A stretch of DNA of 41,308 nt, from positions 47,474,679 to 47,515,986 of the forward strand of contig NC_068998.1 of assembly GCF_001194135.2 (NCBI RefSeq), in the 5' to 3' direction. Positions 25,643 through 38,172 of this stretch are shown one piece after another. The DNA comes from Octopus bimaculoides. Lineage: Eukaryota. Under the pieces are notes generated by a model that made no database searches, was not told where the DNA came from, and saw nothing but the letters and a program-made list of their open reading frames with translations. Each line of letters opens with the position of its first letter. Positions within the stretch are counted from its first letter, which is position 1. Both the position numbers and the translations under genes were made by a program.

Positions 25643-26061
25643 GATCCTAGACAGATATTGTTTGAGTGACTGTGTGCAGGAAGATATATATATACACACA
25701 CACATGCACGTGTGTGTGTGTGTATATATATATATTGTCTGTAGTTTATTGTTCTAACGTCTTGTACCCTGATATGCATGTATATACACATGTAGATGTA
25801 AGTATGTACATATATGTGTGTATACATGTATATATATTCTTTGTATTATANNNNNNNNNNNNNNNNNNNNNNNNNNNNNNNNNNNNNNNNNNNNNNNNNN
25901 NNNNNNNNNNNNNNNNNNNNNNNNNNNNNNNNNNNNNNNNNNNNNNNNNNNNNNNNNNNNAAGATCTTCTTAAATTCTTACCAAACGCTTAAAATATTTC
26001 AAATTTCCACCAGATTACTTTAAAACCAATAGTTTTAATTATTAATGTGTAGAGAAAGGTA

Positions 26062-26294
26062 AGGCAGCGAGCTGGCAGAAACGTTAACACGCCGGGCGAA
26101 ATGCTAAGCGGTATTTCGTCTGCCGCTACGTTCTGAGTTCAAATTCCGCCGAGGTCGACTTTACCTTTCATCCTTTCGGGGTCGATTAAATAAGTACCAG
26201 TTACGCACTGGGGTCGGTGTAATCGACTTAATCCCTTTGTCTGTCCTTGTTTGTCCCCTTTGTTTAGCCCCTTGTGGGCAGTAAAGAAATAAGA
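26062..26294 (+). mobile_element. SINE family B, tail type 2
   Basis: A box tggcagaaacg, B box gagttcaaattcc, body, tail ..gtttagccccttgtgggcagtaaagaaataag. Confidence 0.92.
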
Positions 26295-26371
26295 AACGTT
26301 AGCACGCCGGGCGAAATGCTTAGCGGTATTTCGCCTGTCTTTACGTTTTGAGTTCAAATTCCGCCGAGGTC
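26292..26371 (+). mobile_element. SINE family B, tandem partial head
   Basis: gaaacgttagcacgccgggcgaaatgcttagcggtatttcg..gagttcaaattccgccgaggtc. Confidence 0.9.
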
Positions 26372-26836
26372 ACACAAACACTTACAGATTATATCATTAT
26401 GTCTATCTATCTAGATAGATAGATCGATAGATATACTGTGTGGGCGCTCATTCGGTAATGGTATACAAAGCATCAGGTGTTGGCTTGAGGAGAACACGTC
26501 ACTCACTCTCTTTTTACAGCCTAACCTCTTTATTTATGTCACGAGAGAAGGTTGTGTGGGTGAATGATGTGGTTTACCAATACCGAAGGATTGCCGCTGT
26601 GTGTGACTGTCATTGTGTATACACATCGTCGCCAACATGCATTTAATCGGAGAAAAGTACTCAATAATCATTGTTACAGTGCAATGAAATGACTCATTAT
26701 TGCAAGCTGTCTTCATAAGTTGTAGAACAAGTTCAGTCGTTAAATCACTGGACAAAATAAAATACCTAGTGGTATTTGTTACTGCTCTTTACATACATCG
26801 TGTTCAAATCCAGCCGGCGGCGTAACTGGCTTTCTT

Positions 26837-27005
26837 CAGGGCCGTCTCAGCAGCATTATATAGGCCCCTCGAGGTAAATCAATGCACTAGAGTGTTTATT
26901 TATTAATGGCTTGCGGTTACAGAACGGATATATCAGAGTCGGGTCCCTGGACCCGTAAGGCCCCCAGACAACTATCCAGTTTGCCCATGCTTTAGGACTG
27001 CACTA
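26837..27005. mobile_element. Possible hAT-type MITE
   Basis: Imperfect TIR cagggccgtct / tagtgcagtcc (about 7/11) with 8-bp flanks gctttctt (26829-26836) and gctctcat (27006-27013), 6/8 match. Confidence 0.4.
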
Positions 27006-27420
27006 GCTCTCATCTTTACGCTAAAATAAAGTATTATTTCGGTTGAGGGCGGCGAACTGGTGGAATTTTGTGTGTGTACGCGCACACACACACACACACA
27101 CACATTGGTATGTATGTATTTATAGGTTCTCCTGTAATGGCCTTTACTATCATGTGCGTGAAATCTGCTTTTTTACTGTATCTTTTATTATGGCCAGGAA
27201 TCAGTATATTTTCAGGAACAAAAACAGCAATTTACTTAATTAGACAATGACAAACAATGATCGAATTAAAAATATAGACAGACCTTGCATCGCTTTATGT
27301 ATCTGCTTTTGTTCATATATGAAAACATGGTGAAGATCTAATCGAGATAAAAGGAAAACCAAACAAACTCGAGAGTTGGACACCGAACATTTTACGCAGC
27401 TAAAATACATTTCTGTTATG

Positions 27421-28520
27421 TAGAGGTCGTCTCCTTGTTACGAACTTATAGAGATACGGAGTTTGTCGCTTGGTTACCCAGTGACCGAGATACGGACAAA
27501 CCTATATGTAAATCGATATTCTGAACACGGTGCCGGTTCAGAAGTTGAACCACTTCATAAATCGATAGCAGAAGCTCCTCCTTGTCATCATGCCAATCCA
27601 ACACATGTTATTGGTGGTCATTTGTGGTTTTTACAAATAGTCAACTGCCTTGACAACGGCTATAACAGTTATCGTAGGACCAGTGGTGACAGGGACGGCA
27701 AGAAGTGTCATACTTATTACTGTCCAAGGTAGACATTATAACACGACGTAAAAGAGGTGAGAAAATAATAACCCAAACAGCTACCCATCTGGTGATTCGT
27801 TGTTTCTACTGTTGCAGCACTATCAAAGGACAAAGAACGCATTAAGCAGGTTCTCTACAAATACACATACTGCGATAATTTATTATTATAAACGAAACTC
27901 AGTGATAGACGAAACAGGAATCTTCTGAGCGAGTGGATGGTCGACCAGTGTCAGTGCTGCACGCCTACAACACTAAATTGATTGGTATGTTTTTGAAGAT
28001 TTAATGTTAAATATAATGAATGCTGGTAAAGAAACATTAATTTGTAAACAGTGTAGAAGATCGGTGAAACTTCCACAACATAAAGATGGGTTCGTGGCTG
28101 GTTGTGGTGACGGGCATAGCTTCAGTAGAGTCTTGGTTGAGAATTATTGGTGAGGTGAAGGGAGGAGGGATCTTACTGTGTACAATGTTCATGAATTTTG
28201 GAATGTCACATTAAGGAGCTGAACAATGATGATTCAATGGAGGAAACCACTCAAGAAGGCTGAGGAACACTAGTTCAACTGTTTGCAGATGGCTGAGGAT
28301 TTCAGCATTACCGAGGAGGCACTAACTTCGTTTGAGTCTCAGGATACAAATACTGAAATATTTGGAACAATATCTGCTGCTGCTGTGAGAAGATACTAGT
28401 TTGTTTTTTCCTCCCCCCCCCCCTTTCAGAGTTTCAAGATTCATAATATTTGCATCTGTCGATGACACAATGACCTATTATAAGAAGATTTATGAAAGAA
28501 AAAGAAAATACTGACATTCA
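27421..28520 (+). mobile_element. Internally deleted, decayed pogo/Tigger transposon
   Basis: GKK..ITV..KVDIITRRKRGEK (27697-27764) and STVAALSKDKERIKQV (27805-) = CENP-B-type HTH; VIDETGIF* (27902-) = DETGLFW motif; MAEDFSITEEALTSFESQDTNTE (28289-) and TYYKKIYE (28473-) = Tigger C-terminus; left end at 27421 tentative (subterminal gagatacgga at 27451 and 27487); right TIR not found. Confidence 0.75.
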
Positions 28521-29348
28521 AAATATATAATTTTAAACATAAAAAAAAAAATGTTTAAAACATTCTGAATGTCAAATGACCGCCGCAGACTCCGGAGGTT
28601 TTTACGGCAGTTGAAAGTCTTCAAGATCGAGGCAATAATATACTAGTTTCGTTAACTTGACACCCACGCATGAATGATCAGAAGATCCTGTTACAGAGTT
28701 TGGATGGTGACCTTTCATGCGGAAAGTGCCCTCAGTACAAATTCAAGGCTGCACTTTTAGCACCGTAAAAAGGCTGCGTTAAAAATATGCGAAATAAGTA
28801 AAATCAAACGGATTTTTATCTCCATTAATGCAGAAAATAAGTAAAAAATGATGTGCATATATTTATTTTAATAAAGTACACATTTCTCATGCACAATTTA
28901 AGTGTGCAGCAGAGAGACATATTGTGAAGTAGGTGGGGTTACGGTTGAGTCTGCAGTATTTCCAAGGCCTGGTTTGACTCATAAATATTCATCAGCTTAG
29001 ACAAACAGATGTCTACAGCTACGTTCGTTACGAAGCATGTTGCAGCATGATGGACATGTGGTAAGGTTTGCAAATCTAGTGATGGCTTATATTGACACAG
29101 TGCTATACATTTTGAGTATATTTCTGTTTATTGTTGTGTTATGTAAATAGCTTTGTTTGTGTAGACTTGCGAAAGATACGAAGGAATAGAGCGAGCTTAA
29201 AAAGACACCTTCGAAAGCATGATTCACAGACACGAATAATACATACATACATACATACATATACACATAGACATACATACAAACATACGCAGATACGTAC
29301 ATACATACACACAAACACATTTACATCCAAATGTATATATATATATAT

Positions 29349-29393
<45 letters not shown>

Positions 29394-30214
29394 CACACAC
29401 ACACAAACTCACACACACTTACATACATATACATATATGTGTATATGTGTGTGTTTATGATTACAAGCAAGAAGAATGGAATGAGAATGACTTTTTAATA
29501 CATCAAGCTACGATTGTTTCATCCGTATTTGATCTAATCAATCTTGCTGTATTATGCAATAATATATGCAAGTATTGATTTTTCAGAGGTCATTGAATGT
29601 TATTGTATGATATATTAAGATTGATTAGAGAGGCAGTTGCATTATAAGAGAGGGAAAAAGAGAGAGGGAGGATGGAGGGAGTAGAGAGAGAGGCACATAG
29701 CGTTTGTATTGTCAGAGTAGAGATCATCGACAGCAAGAAAAAGTAGATATAAACAAACAGCTGACCTGAAATGAACATTGTTACTGAAAGCCATAGTGAT
29801 AATGATGATGATGATGATGGTAGTGGTGGTGGTGGTGTGTTGATAGTGAAAAGCATTTTTTTTATTGAACTAAATCTATAAGAATTATTCTTCTACCTCT
29901 TCGTTCACACTTTACGCTTTAGTTTGTTAGAGGAAGAGGAGGAGGAGGAGGAGTGAGAGGAAGAGGAGGAGGAGGAGGAGTGAGAGGGAGAGGAAATGTG
30001 AGAGTGAGTTAGAGAGAGCAGATAGCCAGCCGATGCATCATGCTGCCACCCACGTGGTTTGTGAAAGTGAAAGGTGAAGAGGAAGAAAGAAATGTTAAAG
30101 ATATGAGGAGGAGAATTACATGGTTAAAATGTTTGGTGAGGAGGTAGAGAGAAAGAGAGAAATATAAAGCGCTTAGCAGAGGGAAATTTTAAAATCCTAT
30201 AATATATATTACAT

Positions 30215-30797
30215 GGACGCAGGAGTGGCTGTGTGGTAAGTAGCTTGCTTCCTAGCCACATGGTTCGGGTTCAGTCCCNNNNNNNNNNNNNNNNNNNNNN
30301 NNNNNNNNNNNNNNNNNNNNNNNNNNNNNNNNNNNNNNNNNNNNNNNNNNNNNNNNNNNNNNNNNNNNNNNNNNNNNNNNNNNNNNNNNNNNNNNNNNNN
30401 NNNNNNNNNNNNNNNNNNNNNNNNNNNNNNNNNNNNNNNNNNNNNNNNNNNNNNNNNNNNNNNNNNNNNNNNNNNNNNNNNNNNNNNNNNNNNNNNNNNN
30501 NNNNNNNNNNNNNNNNNNNNNNNNNNNNNNNNNNNNNNNNNNNNNNNNNNNNNNNNNNNNNNNNNNNNNNNNNNNNNNNNNNNTGTGTTTGTGTGTCTCT
30601 GTTTGTCCCCCCAACATCGCTTGACAACCGATGCTGGTGTGTTTACGTCCCCATAACTTAGTGGTTCGGCAAAAAGAAACCGATAGAATAAGTACTAGGT
30701 TTACAAAGAATAAGTCCTGGGGTCGATTTGCTCGACTAAAGGCGGTGCTCCAGCATGGCCGCAGTCAAATGACTGAAACAAGTAAAAGAGTAAAGAG
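30215..30797 (+). mobile_element. SINE family A, young, centre in N gap
   Basis: Head ggacgcaggagtggctgtgtggtaagtagc..ggttcagtccc; complete 3' half to gtaaaagagtaaagag. Confidence 0.92.
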
Positions 30798-30912
30798 CAA
30801 TATATATATTATTGATAGGAAAGGTAAGACAACAAAAGAAAGAAAGAGACCTCGATATTATGTAAATAATGAGAATTTATCTGTAAATAATATGTGACAA
30901 TTATTCGGTAGC

Positions 30913-30979
30913 CATGATAAAACTCCGAGTTTCGGATGTCGGGGCAGAAGCCCACGCCGCCACCTCTTCAGTTATTATG
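30913..30979 (-). ncRNA. Minimal type I hammerhead ribozyme-like motif with intact core
   Basis: Minus strand CAUAAUAA-CUGAAGA-GGUG..CAUC-C-GAA-ACUC(G)GAGU-U-UUAUCAUG: helix I 7/8 bp, core CUGAAGA, GAAA, 4-bp helix III with 1-nt loop, GUU triplet. Confidence 0.75.
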
Positions 30980-31543
30980 AGTGTGTGTTTGTGTATGCAT
31001 GTTCTGCGTGTGTGTGTGTGTGTGTGTACATGCTGACACGCACACAGACAAGCGCACGCCTGCACTTTGCCTCGGAACTATTGCAGCACGAGGTGTTGTC
31101 ATCATAAAATATCTCGCTACTGTTGTTGTAGTTATTGTTGGCGTCGTTTTTCCACACTCCCCTCCCTCCCCTTCTTTTCCATTATCTTCTCCTCCTACCA
31201 CTCCTCACCTCATTCATCAATCACCATCAACAAGACACACAACATTACACTGTCAGCAGAAATACTTGCACTGTGTGTGTGTGTGTGTATGTGTGTGTGT
31301 GTGAAAGTGTGTGTGTGTGTGTGAAAGTGTGTGTGTGTGTGAGGTACGTGCAACACGATCGGTATGTTCCATTATTAAGTGGCCATTGACTTTATGCATT
31401 GTGCGCGCTTGTTTGTGTATGTATACATGTATGTATGTCTGTATGTATGTTTGTATGTATTTATGCATATATAAATGACTATATATATACACATGTATAT
31501 ATATTTATATATATATGTGTATATATATGTATTAATGTGTGTA

Positions 31544-31598
<55 letters not shown>

Positions 31599-32646
31599 NN
31601 NNNNNNNNNNNNNNNNNNNNNNNNNNNNNNNNNNNNNNNNNNNNNNNNNNNNNNNNNNNNNNNNNNNNNNNNNNNNNNNNNNNNNNNNNNNNNNNNNNNN
31701 NNNNNNNNNNNNNNNNNNNNNNNNNNNNNNNNNNNNNNNNNNNNNNNNNNNNNNNNNNNNNNNNNNNNNNNNNNNNNNNNNNNNNNNNNNNNNNNNNNNN
31801 NNNNNNNNNNNNNNNNNNNNNNNNNNNNNNNNNNNNNNNNNNNNNNNNNNNNNNNNNNNNNNNNNNNNNNNNNNNNNNNNNNNNNNNNNNNNNNNNNNNN
31901 NNNNNNNNNNNNNNNNNNNNNNNNNNNNNNNNNNNNNNNNNNNNNNNNNNNNNNNNNNNNNNNNNNNNNNNNNNNNNNNNNNNNNNNNNNNNNNNNNNNN
32001 NNNNNNNNNNNNNNNNNNNNNNNNNNNNNNNNNNNNNNNNNNNNNNNNNNNNNNNNNNNNNNNNNNNNNNNNNNNNNNNNNNNNNNNNNNNNNNNNNNNN
32101 NNNNNNNNNNNNNNNNNNNNNNNNNNNNNNNNNNNNNNNNNNNNNNNNNNNNNNNNNNNNNNNNNNNNNNNNNNNNNNNNNNNNNNNNNNNNNNNNNNNN
32201 NNNNNNNNNNNNNNNNNNNNNNNNNNNNNNNNNNNNNNNNNNNNNNNNNNNNNNNNNNNNNNNNNNNNNNNNNNNNNNNNNNNNNNNNNNNNNNNNNNNN
32301 NNNNNNNNNNNNNNNNNNNNNNNNNNNNNNNNNNNNNNNNNNNNNNNNNNNNNNNNNNNNNNNNNNNNNNNNNNNNNNNNNNNNNNNNNNNNNNNNNNNN
32401 NNNNNNNNNNNNNNNNNNNNNNNNNNNNNNNNNNTGTATATGGTTATACACACACACACACACATACGTATGTACCTGTATACATATAGTATTCACTTAA
32501 CGTCATTGATAATAAGATTTGGGGAAGTGTGACTTTAAGTGAAACGACGTAAATCGAAACTCCTGAATTGCTTGCTTTGAATCTCGGAAACTTTGTTGTA
32601 AATATTCGCTGCTCGGCCACTCTCTTTTAATATTCCGATGTAAAAA

Positions 32647-32855
32647 GGCGGTCAGCTGGCAGAATCGTTAGCACGCCGAGCGAAACGCTTAGCGGTATTT
32701 CGTCTGCCGTTGCGTTCTGAGTTCAAATTCCGCCGAAGTCGACTTTACCTTTCATCCTTTCGGGATCGATAAAAGAAGTACCAGTTGAGTACTGGGGTCG
32801 ATCTAATCGACTTAACCCCTCCCCTCAAATTTCAAGGCCTTGTGCCTTCAGTAGG

Positions 32856-32903
<48 letters not shown>
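32647..32903 (+). mobile_element. SINE family B, full length, tail type 1 with (ATT)n
   Basis: A box tggcagaatcg, B box gagttcaaattcc, body, ggccttgtgcc..gtaggattatt(att)n. Confidence 0.93.
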
Positions 32904-32906
32904 TAA

Positions 32907-33117
32907 AACGGCGAGTTGGCTGAATCGTTAGCACGCCGGGCCAAATGCTTGTGGCATTTCGTCCGTCTTTGCGTAGTTAGTTCGATTTTGCCTTTCATCT
33001 TTTCGGGGGTCGATAAAATAAGTATCAGCTGAGCACTGGGCACCGGTGGGGTCGGTGTATAATCTTACACCCTGCTCGGATATTGCAGGCCTTGTGCCTA
33101 TAGTATAAATGATTATT
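32907..33117 (+). mobile_element. SINE family B, older tandem copy
   Basis: ggcgagttggctgaatcgttagcacgccggg..ttttgcctttcatc..ggccttgtgcctatagta..gattatt. Confidence 0.85.
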
Positions 33118-33388
33118 GTTACTATTGATGATGGTGGTAATGATGATGATGACGATGATGTAGGGGGAGGTGGTGCTGGAAAATTTCATGACTAGTAAGG
33201 TTTGCTTAGCGTGTTTATTTATTTGTTTATCTGTCACAGAATGAAAAGCGCAACAAGCTGGAAGGAGGGAACGTAAAATGAAAGCGAACTGAGTAACATC
33301 GACGTTAATAACAACGCTAAACGAAATTACGTTTCCTGGGGATTCCCTGTATATACGCATACATATGCGTGTGTATCTGTACGTGCGT

Positions 33389-33445
<57 letters not shown>

Positions 33446-33898
33446 CGATAATAGAGAATATAAACTTGCGTAAATAAACAACGTAATGCAAATATAGACG
33501 TATACGTCCTATGCATAGATAATACATATATATTATAAATACATACACATATATAAATATGTAGGCATGTGTGTGAATATATACATATATAAATGTACGT
33601 GTGTGTGTATACACACATACAACTCACACTCCATTCGTGTCTTACGCACAAACACTACCCCCCCCCCACATACACACACACACACACACTCAACACTCAC
33701 CAGCACCCCCGCATACCGACGCAAAACCCAAACAACTGCCGCTAAGTGTCTTATCTCTGTGAAGACATGTAATCCAGCTGCATTAATCTGCTGTGGATGC
33801 GTGTGTGCATACATCCACACACATAGAATATGTTCATATATTTATGTGTATGTTCTGTCTGTATATTTATGTGTGTTTTGTATGCACACACACACACA

Positions 33899-34190
33899 TG
33901 TTTGTGTGTGTTTGCACCCCCCCCCCCCNNNNNNNNNNNNNNNNNNNNNNNNNNNNNNNNNNNNNNNNNNNNNNNNNNNNNNNNNNNNNNNNNNNNNNNN
34001 NCCACCATCACATGACAACCGATGTTGGTGTGTTTACGTCCACGTAATTTAGCGGTTCGGCAAAAGAGACCGATACAATAAGTACTAGGCTTACAAAGAA
34101 TAAGTCCTGGGGGTCGATTTGTTCGACTAAAAGCGGTGCTCCAGCATGGCCGCTGTCAAGATGACTGGAAAAAAAAATGAAAGAAAAAAG
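33899..34190 (+). mobile_element. SINE family A, 3' half
   Basis: gacaaccgatgttggtgtgtttacgtcc..gcggttcggcaaaagagaccgat..gcggtgctccagcatggccg. Confidence 0.9.
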
Positions 34191-34244
34191 AATATATATG
34201 TATGAATATATTTGAATGTGAGTGTATGTTTATACGCTTATGTG

Positions 34245-34280
<36 letters not shown>

Positions 34281-34451
34281 CATGTCTCTTAAAGGATAGA
34301 GCTCAAAATCAATGCATTGAAGATACTTTATTGCAGCAACAATTATAATAACAGAAACACCCACAATAAGCCAAACCTATGCACATTTCAATAGGGTATC
34401 CCGGAAAAATAAACCACATCATAAGATGCCTCGTAAAATATTGTAACAAAT

Positions 34452-34498
34452 TACAACATATTACAAATTTCTGGATACTCCATCTCATCAGGGTCGCA
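34452..34498 (-). ncRNA. Degenerate hammerhead-like fold
   Basis: Minus strand UGCGAC-C-CUGAUGA-GA-UGGA(GUA)UCCA-GAA-AUU(UGU)AAU-A-U-GUUGUA; canonical CUGAUGA and GAAA but two extra nt before helix II and a weak helix I. Confidence 0.45.
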
Positions 34499-34597
34499 TT
34501 ATTGCCATCACCAATACTATTATTAGCAAAACACACACATCATCCAAGAGGGTGAAAGAATAATCGACGGCACGCAACCTACCATCGTTATTTTCTT

Positions 34598-34650
34598 ACG
34601 GACGCAGAAATATTAGACACGCATAGTGTGTCTAATATTTCTGCGTCCGT
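34598..34650. repeat. Perfect 23-bp inverted repeat with 7-nt spacer
   Basis: acggacgcagaaatattagacac / gtgtctaatatttctgcgtccgt. Confidence 0.97.
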
Positions 34651-35206
34651 CACAGAGTTTGGCAGAGACATCCATCATTTTACTACCAACACCACCACCA
34701 ATACCACCACCACCACCACCACCTTCCTACTTCGCACCACCCAAACACAGCATCCTTTCTGCAACTCCCACCCCGCTCACTGCACCATCGCCAACCCAGA
34801 TCCCACCGCCCCGACCCCCCGTTGGTTCATTAGCACACCGCAACCACCACCACCACCCGTCATAACCCTACCCCACCGTGTCACATACACCCTGTCAACA
34901 ACTGCATCACCACTATGATATATATATATATACATATATACAAATATATATATACACACAAATATATACAAAAATTCATGGGTATATGTGCATGTGTGTG
35001 TGTATGTGTACAAGCATTTGTGTGAGTGTGTGTGTGTGTGTGTGTAAAGCAACAATATACAGAAGCCATATAAGGTCACACACCCCTCCCCCGCCTCCGA
35101 CCCAACTCACTTCCTCACCACCGTCAGAACCTTGAAAAATTCTGCCTTTCTAAAGCGACGTACTTCATTAGATGCTATTCCGATTTTTCGAGATGTTGAA
35201 GTTCTC

Positions 35207-35214
35207 TCTATCTG

Positions 35215-35285
<71 letters not shown>

Positions 35286-35348
35286 GTTTATCTATATGTA
35301 TTGGAATATATCCAGATTGATAGATAGATAAGTAGGTAGGTAGGTAGG

Positions 35349-35396
<48 letters not shown>

Positions 35397-35422
35397 CAGA
35401 TCAATAGATAGATAGACAGATC

Positions 35423-35476
<54 letters not shown>

Positions 35477-35477
35477 G
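35207..35477. repeat. Inverted (TCTA)n...(TAGA)n microsatellite pair
   Basis: (TCTA)n 35207-35294, spacer containing tgga-atata-tcca, (TAGA)n 35318-35477. Confidence 0.9.
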
Positions 35478-35685
35478 AGGTATGCATACATGCAGAAGTG
35501 TACACATTTCTGTCTGTCACACACAAACACGCACGCATGCACTGATAGAGAGAGAGAGTGAGAGAGAGAGAGAGAGAGAGAGAAAGGTGTGTGTGTGTGT
35601 GTGTGTTCAGGTTAAAGTGAGAAGTTTCTACTTCCCTTTTTCAATATCGAGCCCTCCGTTTTTCTCCTTCTTGTTCATACTTAAG

Positions 35686-35720
<35 letters not shown>

Positions 35721-36009
35721 TTCTCTTTCACTCTCTTTCTTCCCCATTCTCTCTCTCTCTCTCCCCCTCTCTCTCCCCCTCTTCTTTTCACATACNNNNN
35801 NNNNNNNNNNNNNNNNNNNNNNNNNNNNNNNNNNNNNNNNNNNNNNNNNNNNNNNNNNNNNNNNNNNNNNNNNNNNNNNNNNNNNNNNNNNNNNNNNNNN
35901 NNNNNNNNNNNNNNGTGTGTGTGTGTGTGTGTGTTCCTAAAATGCACATGTCTGACAAATGAACTGATCTGAGATGTGTTCTGGAACTAAAACAATTCAC
36001 GATGTAATT

Positions 36010-36063
<54 letters not shown>

Positions 36064-36297
36064 ACACACATATAGTGTGTGTGTGTGTGTGCTTGCGTGT
36101 TATGTGTATGTGCGTATGCGTAAAACTAAAGATATTCGTGGGAACGTTAATTATACATGAAAATGTTTGTTCATAATTTTACGAAGGCGCGTAACAATGC
36201 GTTTAATAAATACACCATCTATTTACACATGCATCTATGTGTGTGTGTTATACGAGTATTTCTGTATGTACGTGTCTGTATACTTCATATATAATTC

Positions 36298-36346
<49 letters not shown>

Positions 36347-36445
36347 CATACACACACACACACACTGATAAATATATATTCTTTCACGAAGTAATGAATT
36401 GGCACAAATTCTATTTGGCTGATAATTATGACCCCACATATGTAC

Positions 36446-36483
<38 letters not shown>

Positions 36484-36597
36484 CTGTGTAAGTCTGTGTG
36501 TGTGTCTGTGTACATATATACAATACATACATATATATATTATACATATACATATATATATTATACATATACATAAATATATATATATATATGTTAT

Positions 36598-36646
<49 letters not shown>

Positions 36647-37557
36647 TATATATATATATACATATATAGATAAGTAGTTAGATAGGCAGATGCACAGACA
36701 GACAGATGGATGGATGCTTAGATTAGTGCGCACGCACATACATTTGTACATATTTACATGTTTGTGTAGGTTTAATGCATTTATGTTTGTTAATCCTAAA
36801 TGCGATTATTTCAGAGCGAAAGCTGAACAATTTCCTCATAATTAATTCATCAGTTCAAAAGAGTAATCAATTTTAATTATAAAACAGCAGAAAAATATCT
36901 TATAATTCATTAAATCATATTTTCTATGGCGTGTTATGTAACTATTCTCGAATTTACGTCGCTAACAAATTCACACTAACACATGCATGGGAGGTGTATA
37001 GATGAAGTGGTGTATGGGTGGGGGTTAAATAATTTTTAACGATAGAAAACCTAGTACAAACATCTATTGACAAGCGGATACACTACAACTGATAGTTTCG
37101 CCATCGATCGGTTCTTCGGGTGGGAATATCTGGCAGTGTCCAACGAACGAAACAAGTAAAAATTAAACGATGATGTTTTGATTGAAAATATATAATTATG
37201 TGTGTTGTGTGTGAGCGAGTCACGTGGGCCAATAAAAATATTGTTAAGCCCTTCTGCTGTCTCCTTCCATTGTCACACTCAATCAATATGGCGGTCTTGT
37301 GACAAATAAAGAATGTAACAGCCCACCATGCTGAGAAAGACATTCAAATATATGAGGATGGTTTGGAATGGCGAGAGAAATTGTTCTCATGAAGAATAAT
37401 ATCATGTTTGTTTGCGTGTGTGTGTGTGTTAGCGTGTCTCTGTATCTACGTATACATCTTTGTGTATATGTGTGAGTCTGTCAATGCGTCTGTATATGTA
37501 TGTGATTATGTGCGTCTCTGTGTGAGAGTGTGTCTGTGTGTCTCTATCAGTGTATCT

Positions 37558-37684
37558 GTTTATTTCTTTATTGCCCACAAGGAGCTAAACATAGAGGGGA
37601 CAAACAAGGACAGACAAATGGATTAAGTCGATTACATCGACCCCAGTGCGTAACTGGTACTTACTTTATCGACCCCGAGAAAAG
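37558..37684 (-). mobile_element. SINE family B tail type 2, 3' part
   Basis: Reverse complement of ~26175-26290. Confidence 0.9.
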
Positions 37685-38130
37685 CGGAAATGAAGCCTTT
37701 TGTTGCTGGCTGTTCAACCTGATACAAATAGTAGATAAATTCCACTGAAATCACTCCTTACACGCTTTGAAAATAAAAGACAGATTAAATAAGGTAGCCA
37801 TAGTCACATTACGTCTGTATAAAAGTAACAAGTGCTAATCACATCTGGTAAAACCACAATTCTGAAGTCACCTAGTTTTTTTTTAAACTGACGTCATAAA
37901 TGACAGTTCTATTGTGACATGTCGTATGACATTGCATCTATAATATATCACGTGATATTACACTATTATGACATGTCTTATCAATGAAAGTGACAGACAT
38001 AACAAACTAACAGTGTTTACTTATAATGTATGACACATCGACTGAATGTCTGATATGTTACTTGGAACAATGTGGTGCTTACTCTCCCTCTGTTTGTGTA
38101 TGTATGAGTGCGTGTATGCGTGTTGTGTGT

Positions 38131-38172
<42 letters not shown>

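Noticed and set aside
27500-27720. FLYWCH/MULE-like reading on the minus strand
   Set aside because: Weak and interrupted by stops; the plus-strand Tigger motifs explain the adjoining region better.
28385-28429. 45-nt GT-AG mini-intron in the Tigger remnant
   Set aside because: Splicing it out does not restore the frame; the segment looks like a local duplication or insertion.
28630-28690. Minus-strand CUGAUCA..GAAACUAGUA hammerhead-like string
   Set aside because: No helix I or helix II.
36820-36860. Minus-strand CUGAUGA..GAAA
   Set aside because: Helix III only 1 bp and no helix I; chance match in AT-rich DNA.
37081-37125. Minus-strand CCGAAGA..GAAACU(AUC)AGUU hammerhead-like string
   Set aside because: U4C core change, irregular helix II and only two contiguous helix I pairs; worth rechecking only if multi-copy.
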